DNA of 59,156 nucleotides from Minisyncoccota bacterium (GTDB lineage Bacteria; Patescibacteriota; Minisyncoccia; Phycocordibacterales; UBA9973): NCBI GenBank assembly GCA_041648595.1, contig JBAZOQ010000004.1, positions 1 to 59,156 of the forward strand, read 5' to 3'. Shown piece by piece: positions 1 to 9,074 of this stretch (position 1 is its first letter; each line of letters starts with the position of its first letter). The notes under the pieces were generated by a model. It saw only the letters and a program-made list of their open reading frames with translations, ran no database searches and was not told where the DNA came from. The position numbers and the translations under genes were made by a program.

Positions 1-149
1 ATTTCTCGCAAGCTTTTTCCTTTCTTTAAATATCGCTCAATTCTTTTTCTTTCGCCTAAATTAAAATGATTAAACTTATTCATCTTTCTATTTTACAAGT
101 GTTCGGATTCAAAGGTAAATCTGCATCAATTATATATAAAGGTAAAACA

Positions 150-913
150 ATGAAAGTTAAAACAATTCTAGGTCAACCATTACTTGCTGATTTGTTTAAA
201 AAAATTGGTAAAAAGCTTGGTGTAAAGGTTTTAGTTGAAAAAGAATATGGTGTGGTTGGAAAAATATCATATTCAAATGGTGCTAACAGGTATTTTCGTG
301 GTACTACATTAGATATAAATACAATGGGTGCTTCGGAAATAGCTCGTGATAAAGATTATGCAAAAATCTTTATGAAACAAATGGGATACCCAGTTATTCC
401 TTGGAAAAAATTTTATAGTCCAATTTGGGCTTTTAAAATTAAATCCAAACAGAACATCAATAAGGCATGGCAGTTTGCAAAGAAGATTGGATTACCAGTT
501 TTTCTTAAACCAAACAGCAAAAGTCAAGGCATTGGAGTTACTAAAGTGCATACTAAGACTGAATTTTTTAAAGTGTTTAAAGAAATCAGTCGCATCTTAC
601 TAAAGGTAGAATTTTAAAGTTGCTTAATAATGCAAATTTATCTACTGGAGGAACTTCTGTTGATGTCACAGAAAAAGTGCATCCATTTTTTAGGGAAACT
701 GCTATAAAGTTAACTAAAGATATGGGATTGCGATTATGTGGTGTTGATTTAATGATTGATGGTGATATTTCTACCCTACCTACTAGAAAATGGTATGTAA
801 TTGAAATTAATTCTGCTCCAGGGTTAGATCACTATGCTTCTTTAGGAAAGAAACAGCAGGATATTGTAGAGTCTTTGTATACGAAAGTATTTAAGGCTAT
901 GGGGAAAATGTAA
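150..913 (+). pseudogene. ATP-grasp ligase remnant (cyanophycin-synthetase/RimK-like), disrupted
   Basis: ORFs 66-617 and 620-913 are in different frames. The first carries the N-terminal part (GLPVFLKPNSKSQGIGV). The second starts at the C-terminal ATP-grasp motifs (NANLSTGG...EINSAPGL). The central subdomain expected between them appears to be missing. Likely start is ATG 150. Confidence 0.45.
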
Positions 914-930
914 TTTTTTGTGTCTAATAA

Positions 931-955
931 AAAGCGTCTCAATTTGAGACGCTTT
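931..955 (+). terminator. intrinsic terminator hairpin
   Basis: aaagcgtctc-aattt-gagacgcttt, a perfect 10-bp stem followed by a T-rich run. Confidence 0.6.
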
Positions 956-1021
956 ACTTTTTTAGTGTTTTGGGGTAGTTTAAAAGAGGAAAATATTTGT
1001 CAATAAAATAACGAGGATATA

Positions 1022-1780
1022 ATGAATTCATTTAACAGCAGTATAATTGGTAAATTTATGCCAATATGGATAAGTTCTCAAGAAGATTTGAGTAAAGTTA
1101 TAAGATGGGCTGACCGTCTTAATGATGGGATAGGTAAAAGAATGATTCGACAAACTACTCTAAAACATCAACATTCTTTTGCTTTGTTCTGTTCAGCTAG
1201 TATAATTTGTTTACAACCTCACATAGAAATGGCATTTCGCAAGAAACTTGACGCAAATCTTCTAAAAGATGCTGTTGAAATGCACGACCTTGGGGAAGGT
1301 CTTACACTTAAAGGTGATATTCCTGCACCTTGTAAAACGGATCTTGATGATTTAAACGAATATTTGGCTGTTGAAAAACTTTATTCAGATATGCCTAAAA
1401 TTGTTTGGAATGAATTAGGGTATGCTTTTCTTCTACAATTTGCAATTAAAAACCCATCTTGTTTTCCAGAAAGGGCCAGGATATTAATGGAAAAAATTAA
1501 GAAAGACCATTATTATGAAGCTTTGACATTTCAGGCATTAGAAAAATTTGAATATCTCTTTTATCCTAAATGGATGTTAAAGAGACATCCTTATTTGTTG
1601 GTATGGGTTATGAGAGGGAATTTAAAAAAGTATCGGGAGTTTGCTGAAAAACTTCCGGGCTTTAGACAAGAAATTTTTACTCCTTCCTTAGAAGATTGGA
1701 TGTTAAATTTTTTGGAAGAAAACAAAAATGTCCCAGAAGACCCTATTCTTTTGCAAAAAGTAAGAAAAGAAGTCGCCTAA
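1022..1780 (+). CDS. HD-domain phosphohydrolase-like protein (possible 5'-deoxynucleotidase)
   Basis: H...HD...D pattern (HSFALF ... VEMHDLGEG). It sits in a nucleotide-metabolism cluster. Confidence 0.4.
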   Translation: MNSFNSSIIGKFMPIWISSQEDLSKVIRWADRLNDGIGKRMIRQTTLKHQHSFALFCSASIICLQPHIEMAFRKKLDANLLKDAVEMHDLGEGLTLKGDIPAPCKTDLDDLNEYLAVEKLYSDMPKIVWNELGYAFLLQFAIKNPSCFPERARILMEKIKKDHYYEALTFQALEKFEYLFYPKWMLKRHPYLLVWVMRGNLKKYREFAEKLPGFRQEIFTPSLEDWMLNFLEENKNVPEDPILLQKVRKEVA

Positions 1781-1852
1781 TTTTTTGTTCTAAAGCCAAC
1801 AGTAATTTATATTATTGTTGGCTTTTTATATTTTTGGGAGTATATTTATACT

Positions 1853-2377
1853 ATGAAAAAGGAGATTAAAAATATTGGTTTAACCTGGGAAGAGTATTTT
1901 ATAAACATAGCCGAGCAAGTGGCTAAAAAGTCGAAAGATCCATCTACAAAAACTGGCTGTGTAATTGTTGATAGCAAGAAAAGGCCTATCTCTTTTGGTT
2001 ATAATGGCTTTATGAGTGGTTGTGACGAAAAGAAAATGTCTCAAGAAAGACCTATAAAATATCATTTAGTTATTCATGCTGAAATGAATGCTATTATTTT
2101 TTCTAGAAGAGATTTAGAAGGTTGTATCTTATATAGTCTATATGCTCCTTGTGAAAATTGTTTGAAACATATTATTCAAGCTGGCATTAAAAAAATTATT
2201 TATAAAAATCCTGTTGTTGAAAGCAAGGCAAATAATAATGCACAGTCGATGACTACTTCTTTAACCAATGAAGCTATCACTAGAATGTTATTGTCTTCAC
2301 CTGAAGTAGATTGTCATAATATCAGTGGTAAAAGTTATTTAAAAGAAATGTGGGGAAATAAAATACCAAAATTTTAA
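1853..2377 (+). CDS. deoxycytidylate (dCMP) deaminase
   Basis: Zinc-deaminase motifs HAEMNAI and PCENC; N-terminal WEEYF...A..SKDPSTKTGCVIV, typical of the ComEB/dCMP deaminase family. Confidence 0.85.
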   Translation: MKKEIKNIGLTWEEYFINIAEQVAKKSKDPSTKTGCVIVDSKKRPISFGYNGFMSGCDEKKMSQERPIKYHLVIHAEMNAIIFSRRDLEGCILYSLYAPCENCLKHIIQAGIKKIIYKNPVVESKANNNAQSMTTSLTNEAITRMLLSSPEVDCHNISGKSYLKEMWGNKIPKF

Positions 2378-2383
2378 TTTTTT

Positions 2384-2935
2384 ATGTCTAAAATTATATT
2401 AGGTCTTGTGGGACCACTTGCTTGTGGTAAAGAAACAACAAAAAAATATATAGTAGAAAAATATAATGCAAAAGATTGTAAATTTTCGAGTATTTTACGT
2501 GACGCGATGACTAGAGCTGCTATTCCAATAAGTCGTGAGAATCTTCAGAAATTCTCTACGCTGCTTCGTGCAAATTTTGGAGAAGATTTATTAGCAAAAG
2601 CAATTGCAAATGATGCATCAAAATTGGATGCTGACATTGTCGTTATTGATGGAGTGCGAAGACCTACAGACATAGAACACTTAACAAAACTCTCTAATTT
2701 TTTCTTAATAAAAGTTGATGCTGATCCAAAATTAAGACACGGGAGACTGGTTTTAAGGAATGAAAATGTGGGGGATGATAAAAAAACTTTTGAAGAATTT
2801 TTAGAAGATCATAAATCTGAAGCTGATAGTTTAGTTCCAAGTGTGATGGAAACAGCGAAATACTCTATAGATAACAGTGGTAGCTTTGAAAATCTATATA
2901 AACAAATAGATGAGATAATTAAGAAACTTTCTTAA
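2384..2935 (+). CDS. P-loop nucleotide/nucleoside kinase-like protein
   Basis: Walker A-like GLVGPLACGKET and IDGVRRPTDIEHL. Its 3' end overlaps folA convergently. Confidence 0.45.
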   Translation: MSKIILGLVGPLACGKETTKKYIVEKYNAKDCKFSSILRDAMTRAAIPISRENLQKFSTLLRANFGEDLLAKAIANDASKLDADIVVIDGVRRPTDIEHLTKLSNFFLIKVDADPKLRHGRLVLRNENVGDDKKTFEEFLEDHKSEADSLVPSVMETAKYSIDNSGSFENLYKQIDEIIKKLS

Positions 2936-3476
2936 TGTATTCTGTAAATTCTAAATTATATTTATTTAAATCATCTTTTAAATATTTTTCACTTTTTATT
3001 TTCTGCCAGATATTTTTTTCTATAATAGGGAAAAATATTTCAGCATCAGTAAATTCTGCATCAACATGTGTGATATAAAGTTTGTTAGCTTTTTCTATAA
3101 ATAATTTATATATTTGACCACCACCTATAACAAAAACTTCCTCGTCCTGAGCTTGTCGAATGGATTCTTCTTGTGAGGATGTTTTTTCTAATAGATTAAT
3201 CGTTTCTTCTACGGAAAATACTACTTCAGCATCTTCTTTATTAAAAGAATTATCTTGAGTTAGAATAATATTTCTACGATTTGGAAGTAATCTTCCAATC
3301 TGTATGCCATTCTCATTTTTTCCTAATGATTCAAAAGTTTTTTGTCCCATTACGACAGTGTGACCTCTTGTCATTTCTCTAAAGTGTTTCATGTCGGCAG
3401 GCAAAGACCAAAGAAGATCATTCTTTTTTCCTATTTCATTATTTTTACCAATTGCTGCGATAATTGAGAGAATCAT
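2919..3476 (-). CDS. folA: dihydrofolate reductase
   Basis: IAAIGKNNEIGKKNDLLWSLPADMKHFREMTRGHTVVMGQKTFESLG and VIGGGQIYKLF motifs. Confidence 0.9.
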   Translation of the reverse strand: MILSIIAAIGKNNEIGKKNDLLWSLPADMKHFREMTRGHTVVMGQKTFESLGKNENGIQIGRLLPNRRNIILTQDNSFNKEDAEVVFSVEETINLLEKTSSQEESIRQAQDEEVFVIGGGQIYKLFIEKANKLYITHVDAEFTDAEIFFPIIEKNIWQKIKSEKYLKDDLNKYNLEFTEYIKKVS

Positions 3477-3486
3477 ATTTTTGTTT

Positions 3487-4359
3487 TTAGATTGCTATTT
3501 CAAATTTAATTTTGTCATAACTCTGATAATTGATTATTTCTGTATCTGTATATTGCCAATCAAAAATAGATTTGAAATTATTTGTTTTAATTTGTGGTAA
3601 TTTATATTTATTTGGGTCTCGTGTCAATTGTTCTTTTGCCCCTTCTATGTGGTTTTCATAAATATGAACATCTGCTAAAAATCCAACTAATTTTCCTTCT
3701 TCTAGTCCTGCTTCTTTCGCTAATAAATGAAGAAGTAGTGCATAGCTAGCAATATTAAAGGGAAGTCCTAGCATTGTATCAACAGAACGCTGATTCCAGA
3801 GAAGATTTAATTTATTATCGATTACTGTAACTTGAAAAGCATAATGACAGGGAGGAAGAGCCATTTCATTAAATTGTATAGGATTCCATGCGTTGACTAT
3901 CATTCTTCTATCGCGTGGATTTGTCTTTAAGGTTTCTATAATTTTTTTTAATTGATCTATTCCTTTTCCTGTGTAGTCTGAATCGTAGCTTTTATAATTT
4001 GCATTAAAATGTCTCCACTGAAAACCATAGATTGGTCCCAAGTCTCGCTCTTCTAGCATTTTCTTTTTAGAAGTTTCATCGTGTCCATATGGAGCTTTTT
4101 GTGGTTTAGCCCATTCATCCCAGATGTGATTGTTTTTATCTTGTAGCCATTTTTTATCTGTAATTCCATTTATAAAAAATTCTAATTCAGTTGATACTAA
4201 ACGGAAGGGTGTTTTTTTTGTAGTTAAAAGAGGAAAGCCTTTTGACATATCATGTTCAAAGATTGCTCCTGCTATAGTGTAAGCTTTTACTCCTGTGCGA
4301 GTATCTACTTTTATTCCATTTTCTAAAACATTTTTTACAATATTTAAATATGCTTTCAT
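3487..4359 (-). CDS. thyA: thymidylate synthase (ThyA type)
   Basis: DTRTG, GPIYGFQWRHF, ALPPCH and NQRSVD motifs. Confidence 0.95.
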   Translation of the reverse strand: MKAYLNIVKNVLENGIKVDTRTGVKAYTIAGAIFEHDMSKGFPLLTTKKTPFRLVSTELEFFINGITDKKWLQDKNNHIWDEWAKPQKAPYGHDETSKKKMLEERDLGPIYGFQWRHFNANYKSYDSDYTGKGIDQLKKIIETLKTNPRDRRMIVNAWNPIQFNEMALPPCHYAFQVTVIDNKLNLLWNQRSVDTMLGLPFNIASYALLLHLLAKEAGLEEGKLVGFLADVHIYENHIEGAKEQLTRDPNKYKLPQIKTNNFKSIFDWQYTDTEIINYQSYDKIKFEIAI

Positions 4360-4488
4360 ATAATCTTATTATATCTTTTATATAAGATGAAACAAATTTG
4401 ACAAAATATGACAGAAATGCTACTCTTTAAATATCATTCTCGACTATTACATATTGGGAGTGACCCATCCCGCCAGAGGCGGGCAAGT

Positions 4489-5787
4489 ATGTATAAAAAT
4501 AATATCACATCAAAACCGAAGAAATTCGGGCATTCTAAATTTGGTTTAAAACCAAAGTCTGTTCACAAATTTGGAAGTAAACCCGTCCATCAGTTCAAAG
4601 GTGGAAATTTTAAAAAAAACAACAGTCGTCCCAAGAGGAGGGGTTTTTCGGAGCATATAGATTTTTCTCGTTTCATTAAAAAAGGACAACATGTAGAAGA
4701 AAAACCTTATGTTTCAAAACATACTTTTGCTGATTTTCCTTTTGATACACAAATTCATAAAAATATTGCACGAGCAGGATTTATGAATCCTCGACCTATT
4801 CAAGACCAAGCTATTCCTTCTGTGCTTAAAGGAATGGACGTTTTTGGTATGGCAAATACTGGTACGGGTAAAACAGCAGCTTTTATTCTTCCTCTTATTG
4901 AAAAAATTGTAAAAACAAAAGGACAAAATAAAAGAGAGATTGTTTTAATTATGGCTCCGACAAGAGAGCTTGCTATGCAGATAGATTCTGATTTTCGTAC
5001 ATTAGCATTTGGTTTGGGAATTTTTTCTGTATCTTGTGTTGGTGGACTTCCAATAATGAAACAAATAACTGAAATAAAAAGGGGGGTATCTTTTGTTATT
5101 GGTACTCCAGGACGAATGCGAGATCTTATAGAAAGAAAAGTGTTAGATCTTTCTACTTGTCATTCTGTTGTGCTTGATGAAGCAGATAGAATGTTAGACA
5201 TGGGATTTCGTGATGATATGGTTTTTATACTTGGAAAAGTTCCAAAAGAAGGACGTCAAACTCTTTTCTTTTCAGCGACACTTTCTCCTGAAGTTAAAAA
5301 ATTAACCACAGAATTTTTAAAAGACCCTGTTTTTATTTCTGTAATTTCTGGAGAGACAGCAAAAAATATTGATCAAGATGTCATTCGTACAAGATCTAAA
5401 GAAGAAAAACTAGAAAAATTACATGAAGTATTAAAAAAAGGCCTGCCCGCCGGAATGGAGGGAGGTCACCAAATGAAAACTTTAATTTTTAGAGAAATGA
5501 AACATAGTGTAGATACTCTTACAAAAGAGCTTTCTCATATGGGTTTCAAGGTGGGTTGTATTCATGGCGACAAAAGAAGCCGTGAACGTATCCGTACGCT
5601 AGAATTATTTAAAAAAGATCAGATTAGTATCTTAATAGCGACAGATGTAGCAGCAAGAGGTCTTGATATTCCAGACGTAACTCATGTCATCAATTACGAC
5701 ATTCCCCAAACTTACGAGACATATATACATCGCATAGGTCGTACCGGCCGTTCTGGCAAAAAGGGTATAGCTTTGACATTTGTATAA
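4489..5787 (+). CDS. DEAD-box ATP-dependent RNA helicase with lysine-rich N-terminal tail
   Basis: Q-motif, AxTGTGKT, DEAD (VLDEADRMLDMGF), SAT and HRIGRTGR motifs. ATG 4489 is preferred because the region upstream is a GC hairpin (4468-4483). Confidence 0.9.
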   Translation: MYKNNITSKPKKFGHSKFGLKPKSVHKFGSKPVHQFKGGNFKKNNSRPKRRGFSEHIDFSRFIKKGQHVEEKPYVSKHTFADFPFDTQIHKNIARAGFMNPRPIQDQAIPSVLKGMDVFGMANTGTGKTAAFILPLIEKIVKTKGQNKREIVLIMAPTRELAMQIDSDFRTLAFGLGIFSVSCVGGLPIMKQITEIKRGVSFVIGTPGRMRDLIERKVLDLSTCHSVVLDEADRMLDMGFRDDMVFILGKVPKEGRQTLFFSATLSPEVKKLTTEFLKDPVFISVISGETAKNIDQDVIRTRSKEEKLEKLHEVLKKGLPAGMEGGHQMKTLIFREMKHSVDTLTKELSHMGFKVGCIHGDKRSRERIRTLELFKKDQISILIATDVAARGLDIPDVTHVINYDIPQTYETYIHRIGRTGRSGKKGIALTFV

Positions 5788-5813
5788 ATGTGTTATTTTG
5801 ATATACTTTTACC

Positions 5814-6311
5814 ATGAATAGTAAATTATTAGAATTTTTAAAGAAAGATAGGTTCTCTAAAACTCTAGATATTATTTCAATAATAGTTGGTGTTTTTATT
5901 ATCATTTATATTCTATATGGTTTTTTAAATTTTCTTAAAGATACAAGAGAGTTACCTGGTACTTTAATGTTCCAAATAGTGTGGATTGGTTTGGTGATTA
6001 CTTTAATTTTAAATAGTTTGCATAGATTAAAAAAACGGAATGCTATTCAACCAGTTGAAAATATTTCATTAGAAATTCCTTACAGAAAATATTTAATTTC
6101 AATATCCATAATTATTTTTATTATTTGTTTTGTGCGATTTGCTATTTTTTTTAGTAGTAATGCGTGGGACGTTGGTATTTTTTTAGGAATATGGCTTTTT
6201 GGGTTTCAACTTCCACTTACTCTTGTTGCTATTTTTACAAAAAATAAGAGTACTTTGCAGACTATATGTGTTTTGTCAGTGCTTTTTGGATTGGGACTTT
6301 TTCTAATTTAA
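5814..6311 (+). CDS. hypothetical multi-pass membrane protein
   Basis: Four or five hydrophobic segments; no recognisable family. Confidence 0.45.
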   Translation: MNSKLLEFLKKDRFSKTLDIISIIVGVFIIIYILYGFLNFLKDTRELPGTLMFQIVWIGLVITLILNSLHRLKKRNAIQPVENISLEIPYRKYLISISIIIFIICFVRFAIFFSSNAWDVGIFLGIWLFGFQLPLTLVAIFTKNKSTLQTICVLSVLFGLGLFLI

Positions 6312-6325
6312 TTGTACCGTAATAC

Positions 6326-6356
6326 AAAAAAATCCCCTATATGGGGGATTTTTTTG
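6326..6356. terminator. bidirectional intrinsic terminator (AAATCCCC-N-GGGGATTT type)
   Basis: A-tract, aatcccc/ggggatt stem, T-tract. Confidence 0.6.
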
Positions 6357-6362
6357 TTAGTT

Positions 6363-6449
6363 TTATTTTTGTTTCACTAGACCGGCTTTTAGGAGAGTTT
6401 TGTAAACACCATTTTTGGTCATTGTGCGCATACCACGAGTGGAGATTTC
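6363..6449 (-). pseudogene. detached rpmB 3'-end copy A (last 28 codons plus stop)
   Basis: The minus strand reads EISTRGMRTMTKNGVYKTLLKAGLVKQK*. Positions 6382-6449 match 8062-8129 at 64 of 68 nt. Confidence 0.85.
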
Positions 6450-6468
6450 AATTTTAAAGAAAAAACTC

Positions 6469-6497
6469 TTGACTTCATTACTTCTTAGGTATATGAT
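6469..6497 (+). promoter_or_regulatory. sigma70-like promoter TTGACT-17-TATGAT with overlapping palindromic operator
   Basis: TTGACT 6469-6474 and TATGAT 6492-6497. The palindrome atatgat-att-atcatat (6491-6507) overlaps the -10 box, upstream of the TA pair. Confidence 0.55.
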
Positions 6498-6543
6498 ATT
6501 ATCATATTAGATTATCATATAAGTTAATATATAATATAAAAAT

Positions 6544-6765
6544 ATGACTACATTATCAGTGCCCATATCAGGAGATTTAGAAAAATTTATAGAAAGAATG
6601 GTTTTAGATGGAAAAGGTGCAAATAAAGCTGACGTTGTTCGACGCGCTCTAAGGGAGTATGAAGAAAATGAAGCAGTAGCAAATATTCTTCAATCAGAAA
6701 TGGAGATAGCTCAAGGTAAGGGTTTGAGGGGAGATCTACGGGAACTAGCTAAAAAATTTAAATAA
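6544..6765 (+). CDS. ribbon-helix-helix antitoxin (ParD/CopG-like)
   Basis: N-terminal RHH pattern (LSVPISGDLEKFIERMV...ADVVRRALREY). Its stop is 1 nt before the toxin start. Confidence 0.7.
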   Translation: MTTLSVPISGDLEKFIERMVLDGKGANKADVVRRALREYEENEAVANILQSEMEIAQGKGLRGDLRELAKKFK

Positions 6766-6766
6766 T

Positions 6767-7027
6767 ATGATTGAAATAATCTATTCTCCATTTTTTGTTC
6801 GAAAGTTTTCTAAATTAGAAAATGATTTACAAAAAGATGTCTTACAGAAAATTGATTTTTTTAAAGATAAAAAGAATCATAAAATATTAGAAGTTCATAA
6901 ACTTCACGGAAAATTTAAAGAATATTTTGGTTTCTCGGTGAATTATAAATTTAGGATAGTATTTCGTTATGCTTCTAAAAATGAGGTTTTATTTACAGAT
7001 ATAGGCGATCACGATATTTATAATTAA
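6767..7027 (+). CDS. RelE/ParE-family toxin
   Basis: 86 aa, with KLHGKFKEYFGFSVNYKFRIVF...DIGDHDIY, typical of the RelE/YafQ/ParE fold. Confidence 0.7.
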   Translation: MIEIIYSPFFVRKFSKLENDLQKDVLQKIDFFKDKKNHKILEVHKLHGKFKEYFGFSVNYKFRIVFRYASKNEVLFTDIGDHDIYN

Positions 7028-7052
7028 AAAAATCCCCGATCGGGGATTTTTT
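7026..7052. terminator. bidirectional intrinsic terminator
   Basis: aaaaaaatcccc-gatc-ggggatttttt. Confidence 0.6.
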
Positions 7053-7060
7053 GTTAATTT

Positions 7061-7111
7061 TTATTTTGCTTTTACGAGGCCGGCTTTTAGGAGAGTTTTG
7101 TAGACGCCATT
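7061..7111 (-). pseudogene. detached rpmB 3'-end copy B (last 16 codons plus stop)
   Basis: The minus strand reads NGVYKTLLKAGLVKAK*. Positions 7080-7111 are identical to the real gene at 8062-8093. Confidence 0.8.
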
Positions 7112-7118
7112 CTTTTAT

Positions 7119-7316
7119 TTATAATCCCCTGTAGCATTTCGGACATTCCCAATATTCTTTTTGTGGATCTTTAGGTCTCTTGTCTCCAAACTTAAAATAA
7201 TGTCCACCTCTATACGAACGATTATTGTATAAAATAACTTTTATCTTTTTACCACAAATAACACAGAATCTTTCTATTCTCTCTTTTATTGTTTTATTTA
7301 ATTTACTCTTTTTCAT
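7119..7316 (-). CDS. small zinc-ribbon protein, unknown function
   Basis: 65 aa with CVIC...CPKC cysteine pairs. Confidence 0.4.
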   Translation of the reverse strand: MKKSKLNKTIKERIERFCVICGKKIKVILYNNRSYRGGHYFKFGDKRPKDPQKEYWECPKCYRGL

Positions 7317-7365
7317 TCCAACAGTATAACATTTTTTCTTAGTATTTTTATGTTAAAATAAATAG

Positions 7366-7911
7366 ATGTATATTTTTTTAGATGAATCAGGTGTTGATAA
7401 ATAGAAAGGTAAATCATCAATTGCTCTGGTTTATATTACGGTTGATAATTTAGATATTTTACAAAATGCAGTTTTGAATACCGAAAGAATTATTGGAATT
7501 AAAAATTTTCATTGGTCATATAGCACATGGAAAGTTCGTAAACTTTTTATCGAAGAAATTTGCAAACAAGACTTTAAAATAAAAGTAGCTTTAATTAAAA
7601 ATCCATTTTTTGCTAGTAGCGGTTATGAATATGCTTTGCAACATTTAGTGGTTGAGAGAAATGTTATGTCTTTAATAATAGACGGCAAAAAAGGGAAAAA
7701 TTATGAAAGAAAATTTAAAAAAGTTTTGCGTGACAAGGGAATATCTGTGAAAAAATTAAAAACAGCAAACGATGAAGCATACCCAGCCCTGCGTGTTGCT
7801 GATGCAATTGCTGGTGCTATAAGATATAGATATGAAAATCCAGATGATAAAAGGATTAAAGATATATATGAAAGATTTTCTAAAAAGATATTAATTACTC
7901 TCGAAGAATAA
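7366..7911 (+). pseudogene. DUF3800-like protein interrupted by an in-frame TAG
   Basis: ATG 7366 gives MYIFLDESGVDK. TAG at 7402-7404 is in the same frame as ORF 7474-7911. The N-terminus matches the LFIDESG start of the paralogue at 49057. Confidence 0.6.
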
Positions 7912-7927
7912 AAAGATAAAAACAAAA

Positions 7928-7947
7928 GCCACCCCTTGCGGGGTGGC
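7928..7947. terminator. GC hairpin, likely the rpmB terminator on the minus strand
   Basis: gccacccc-ttgc-ggggtggc, with a T-run following on the minus strand. Confidence 0.5.
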
Positions 7948-8045
7948 CAGCTTTGCAGGTAGCTTTCGCTTTTCCTAAGAGGAATTTGTCCCTGTAAGCT
8001 TGTTGTAAGTTTAGTATAGCATACTGTAATACATATGCAAGCTTT

Positions 8046-8291
8046 TTATCTTTTTACTAATCCGGCTTTTAGGAGAGTTTTGTAGACGCCATTTTTGGTC
8101 ATTGTGCGCATACCACGAGTAGAAATTTCTACGTTTACACTTTTATTTAATTCAGGCACAAAAACTTTCTTTTTTTGAAGATTTGGATACTTTCTTTTCT
8201 TTCCAGTTGGGTTAAATTTAGTAGCACGAGTTCTGTTTGAATACCCACCACCAACGATTGAACCCTTTTTTGATATTTCACATATTTTCAT
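8046..8291 (-). CDS. rpmB: 50S ribosomal protein L28
   Basis: MKICEISKKGSIVGGGYSNRTRATKF...ISTRGMRTMTKNG. The start is moved to ATG 8291. Confidence 0.9.
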   Translation of the reverse strand: MKICEISKKGSIVGGGYSNRTRATKFNPTGKKRKYPNLQKKKVFVPELNKSVNVEISTRGMRTMTKNGVYKTLLKAGLVKR

Positions 8292-8324
8292 AATGTAGTC
8301 CTTGTATGCTATCATATAATTTAT

Positions 8325-8945
8325 ATGGACGCAACCAATACGATTTTTTATGTAGCTATACTTATTATGTCTGTTGTAATCCATGAAGTTTCTCATGGTT
8401 TTGTTGCATTATGGTTTGATGACAGGACTGCTTTATATGCAGGACGTCTCACGCTTAATCCTTTAAAGCATTTAGATATATTTGGTTCTGTACTTTTACC
8501 ATTACTTCTAGTTTTGACTCATGCACCATTTTTGTTTGGTTGGGCAAAGCCAGTACCGTATAATCCAAATAATTTTACTAATAGAAAATGGGGGACAGTT
8601 GCCGTCGCAGCAGCTGGAATTTTAGCAAATCTTTTCATAGCTATCCTTTTTGGACTTATTTTACGTTTTTCTCTAAATAGTACGGTATCAATTAAATTTA
8701 TTTCTATAATTTCTTCAATTGTTATTATTAATTTAGGATTAGCGATTTTCAATCTTGTACCTATTCCACCTCTTGATGGCTCTAAAATACTTTTTTCACT
8801 TTTACCAAGTTCTTTTTATAAAGTAATTTTCTTTTTTGAACAATATTCTTTAGTTTTGATTCTTATTTTTATTGTTTTTTTGATTGATTATTTATATCCA
8901 ATGTTAGCTTTTTTGTTTCAATTGATTACGGGGCTGTCTTTATAG
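8325..8945 (+). CDS. M50 (site-2 protease) family membrane metalloprotease
   Basis: HEVSHG zinc motif in the first transmembrane segment, NLVPIPPLDGS motif, multi-pass membrane protein. Confidence 0.8.
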   Translation: MDATNTIFYVAILIMSVVIHEVSHGFVALWFDDRTALYAGRLTLNPLKHLDIFGSVLLPLLLVLTHAPFLFGWAKPVPYNPNNFTNRKWGTVAVAAAGILANLFIAILFGLILRFSLNSTVSIKFISIISSIVIINLGLAIFNLVPIPPLDGSKILFSLLPSSFYKVIFFFEQYSLVLILIFIVFLIDYLYPMLAFLFQLITGLSL

Positions 8946-9074
8946 TTAAATAAAAAAATAATCTTTTTTAACGGCTTTTTGTTTTTTTATTTGATATTTG
9001 CATTTTTTTCTAGTTTATATTATATTACTACTAAGAGTCTTTGGACTCTTTTGTTTTCATTAGTCTAATTTGGT

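Noticed and set aside
1022-4359. The HD-domain, dCMP deaminase, kinase, folA and thyA cluster as a nucleotide-modification or defence system.
   Set aside because: All components fit ordinary dTMP synthesis and salvage. The only unusual feature is the repeat insertion in folA, which is reported separately.
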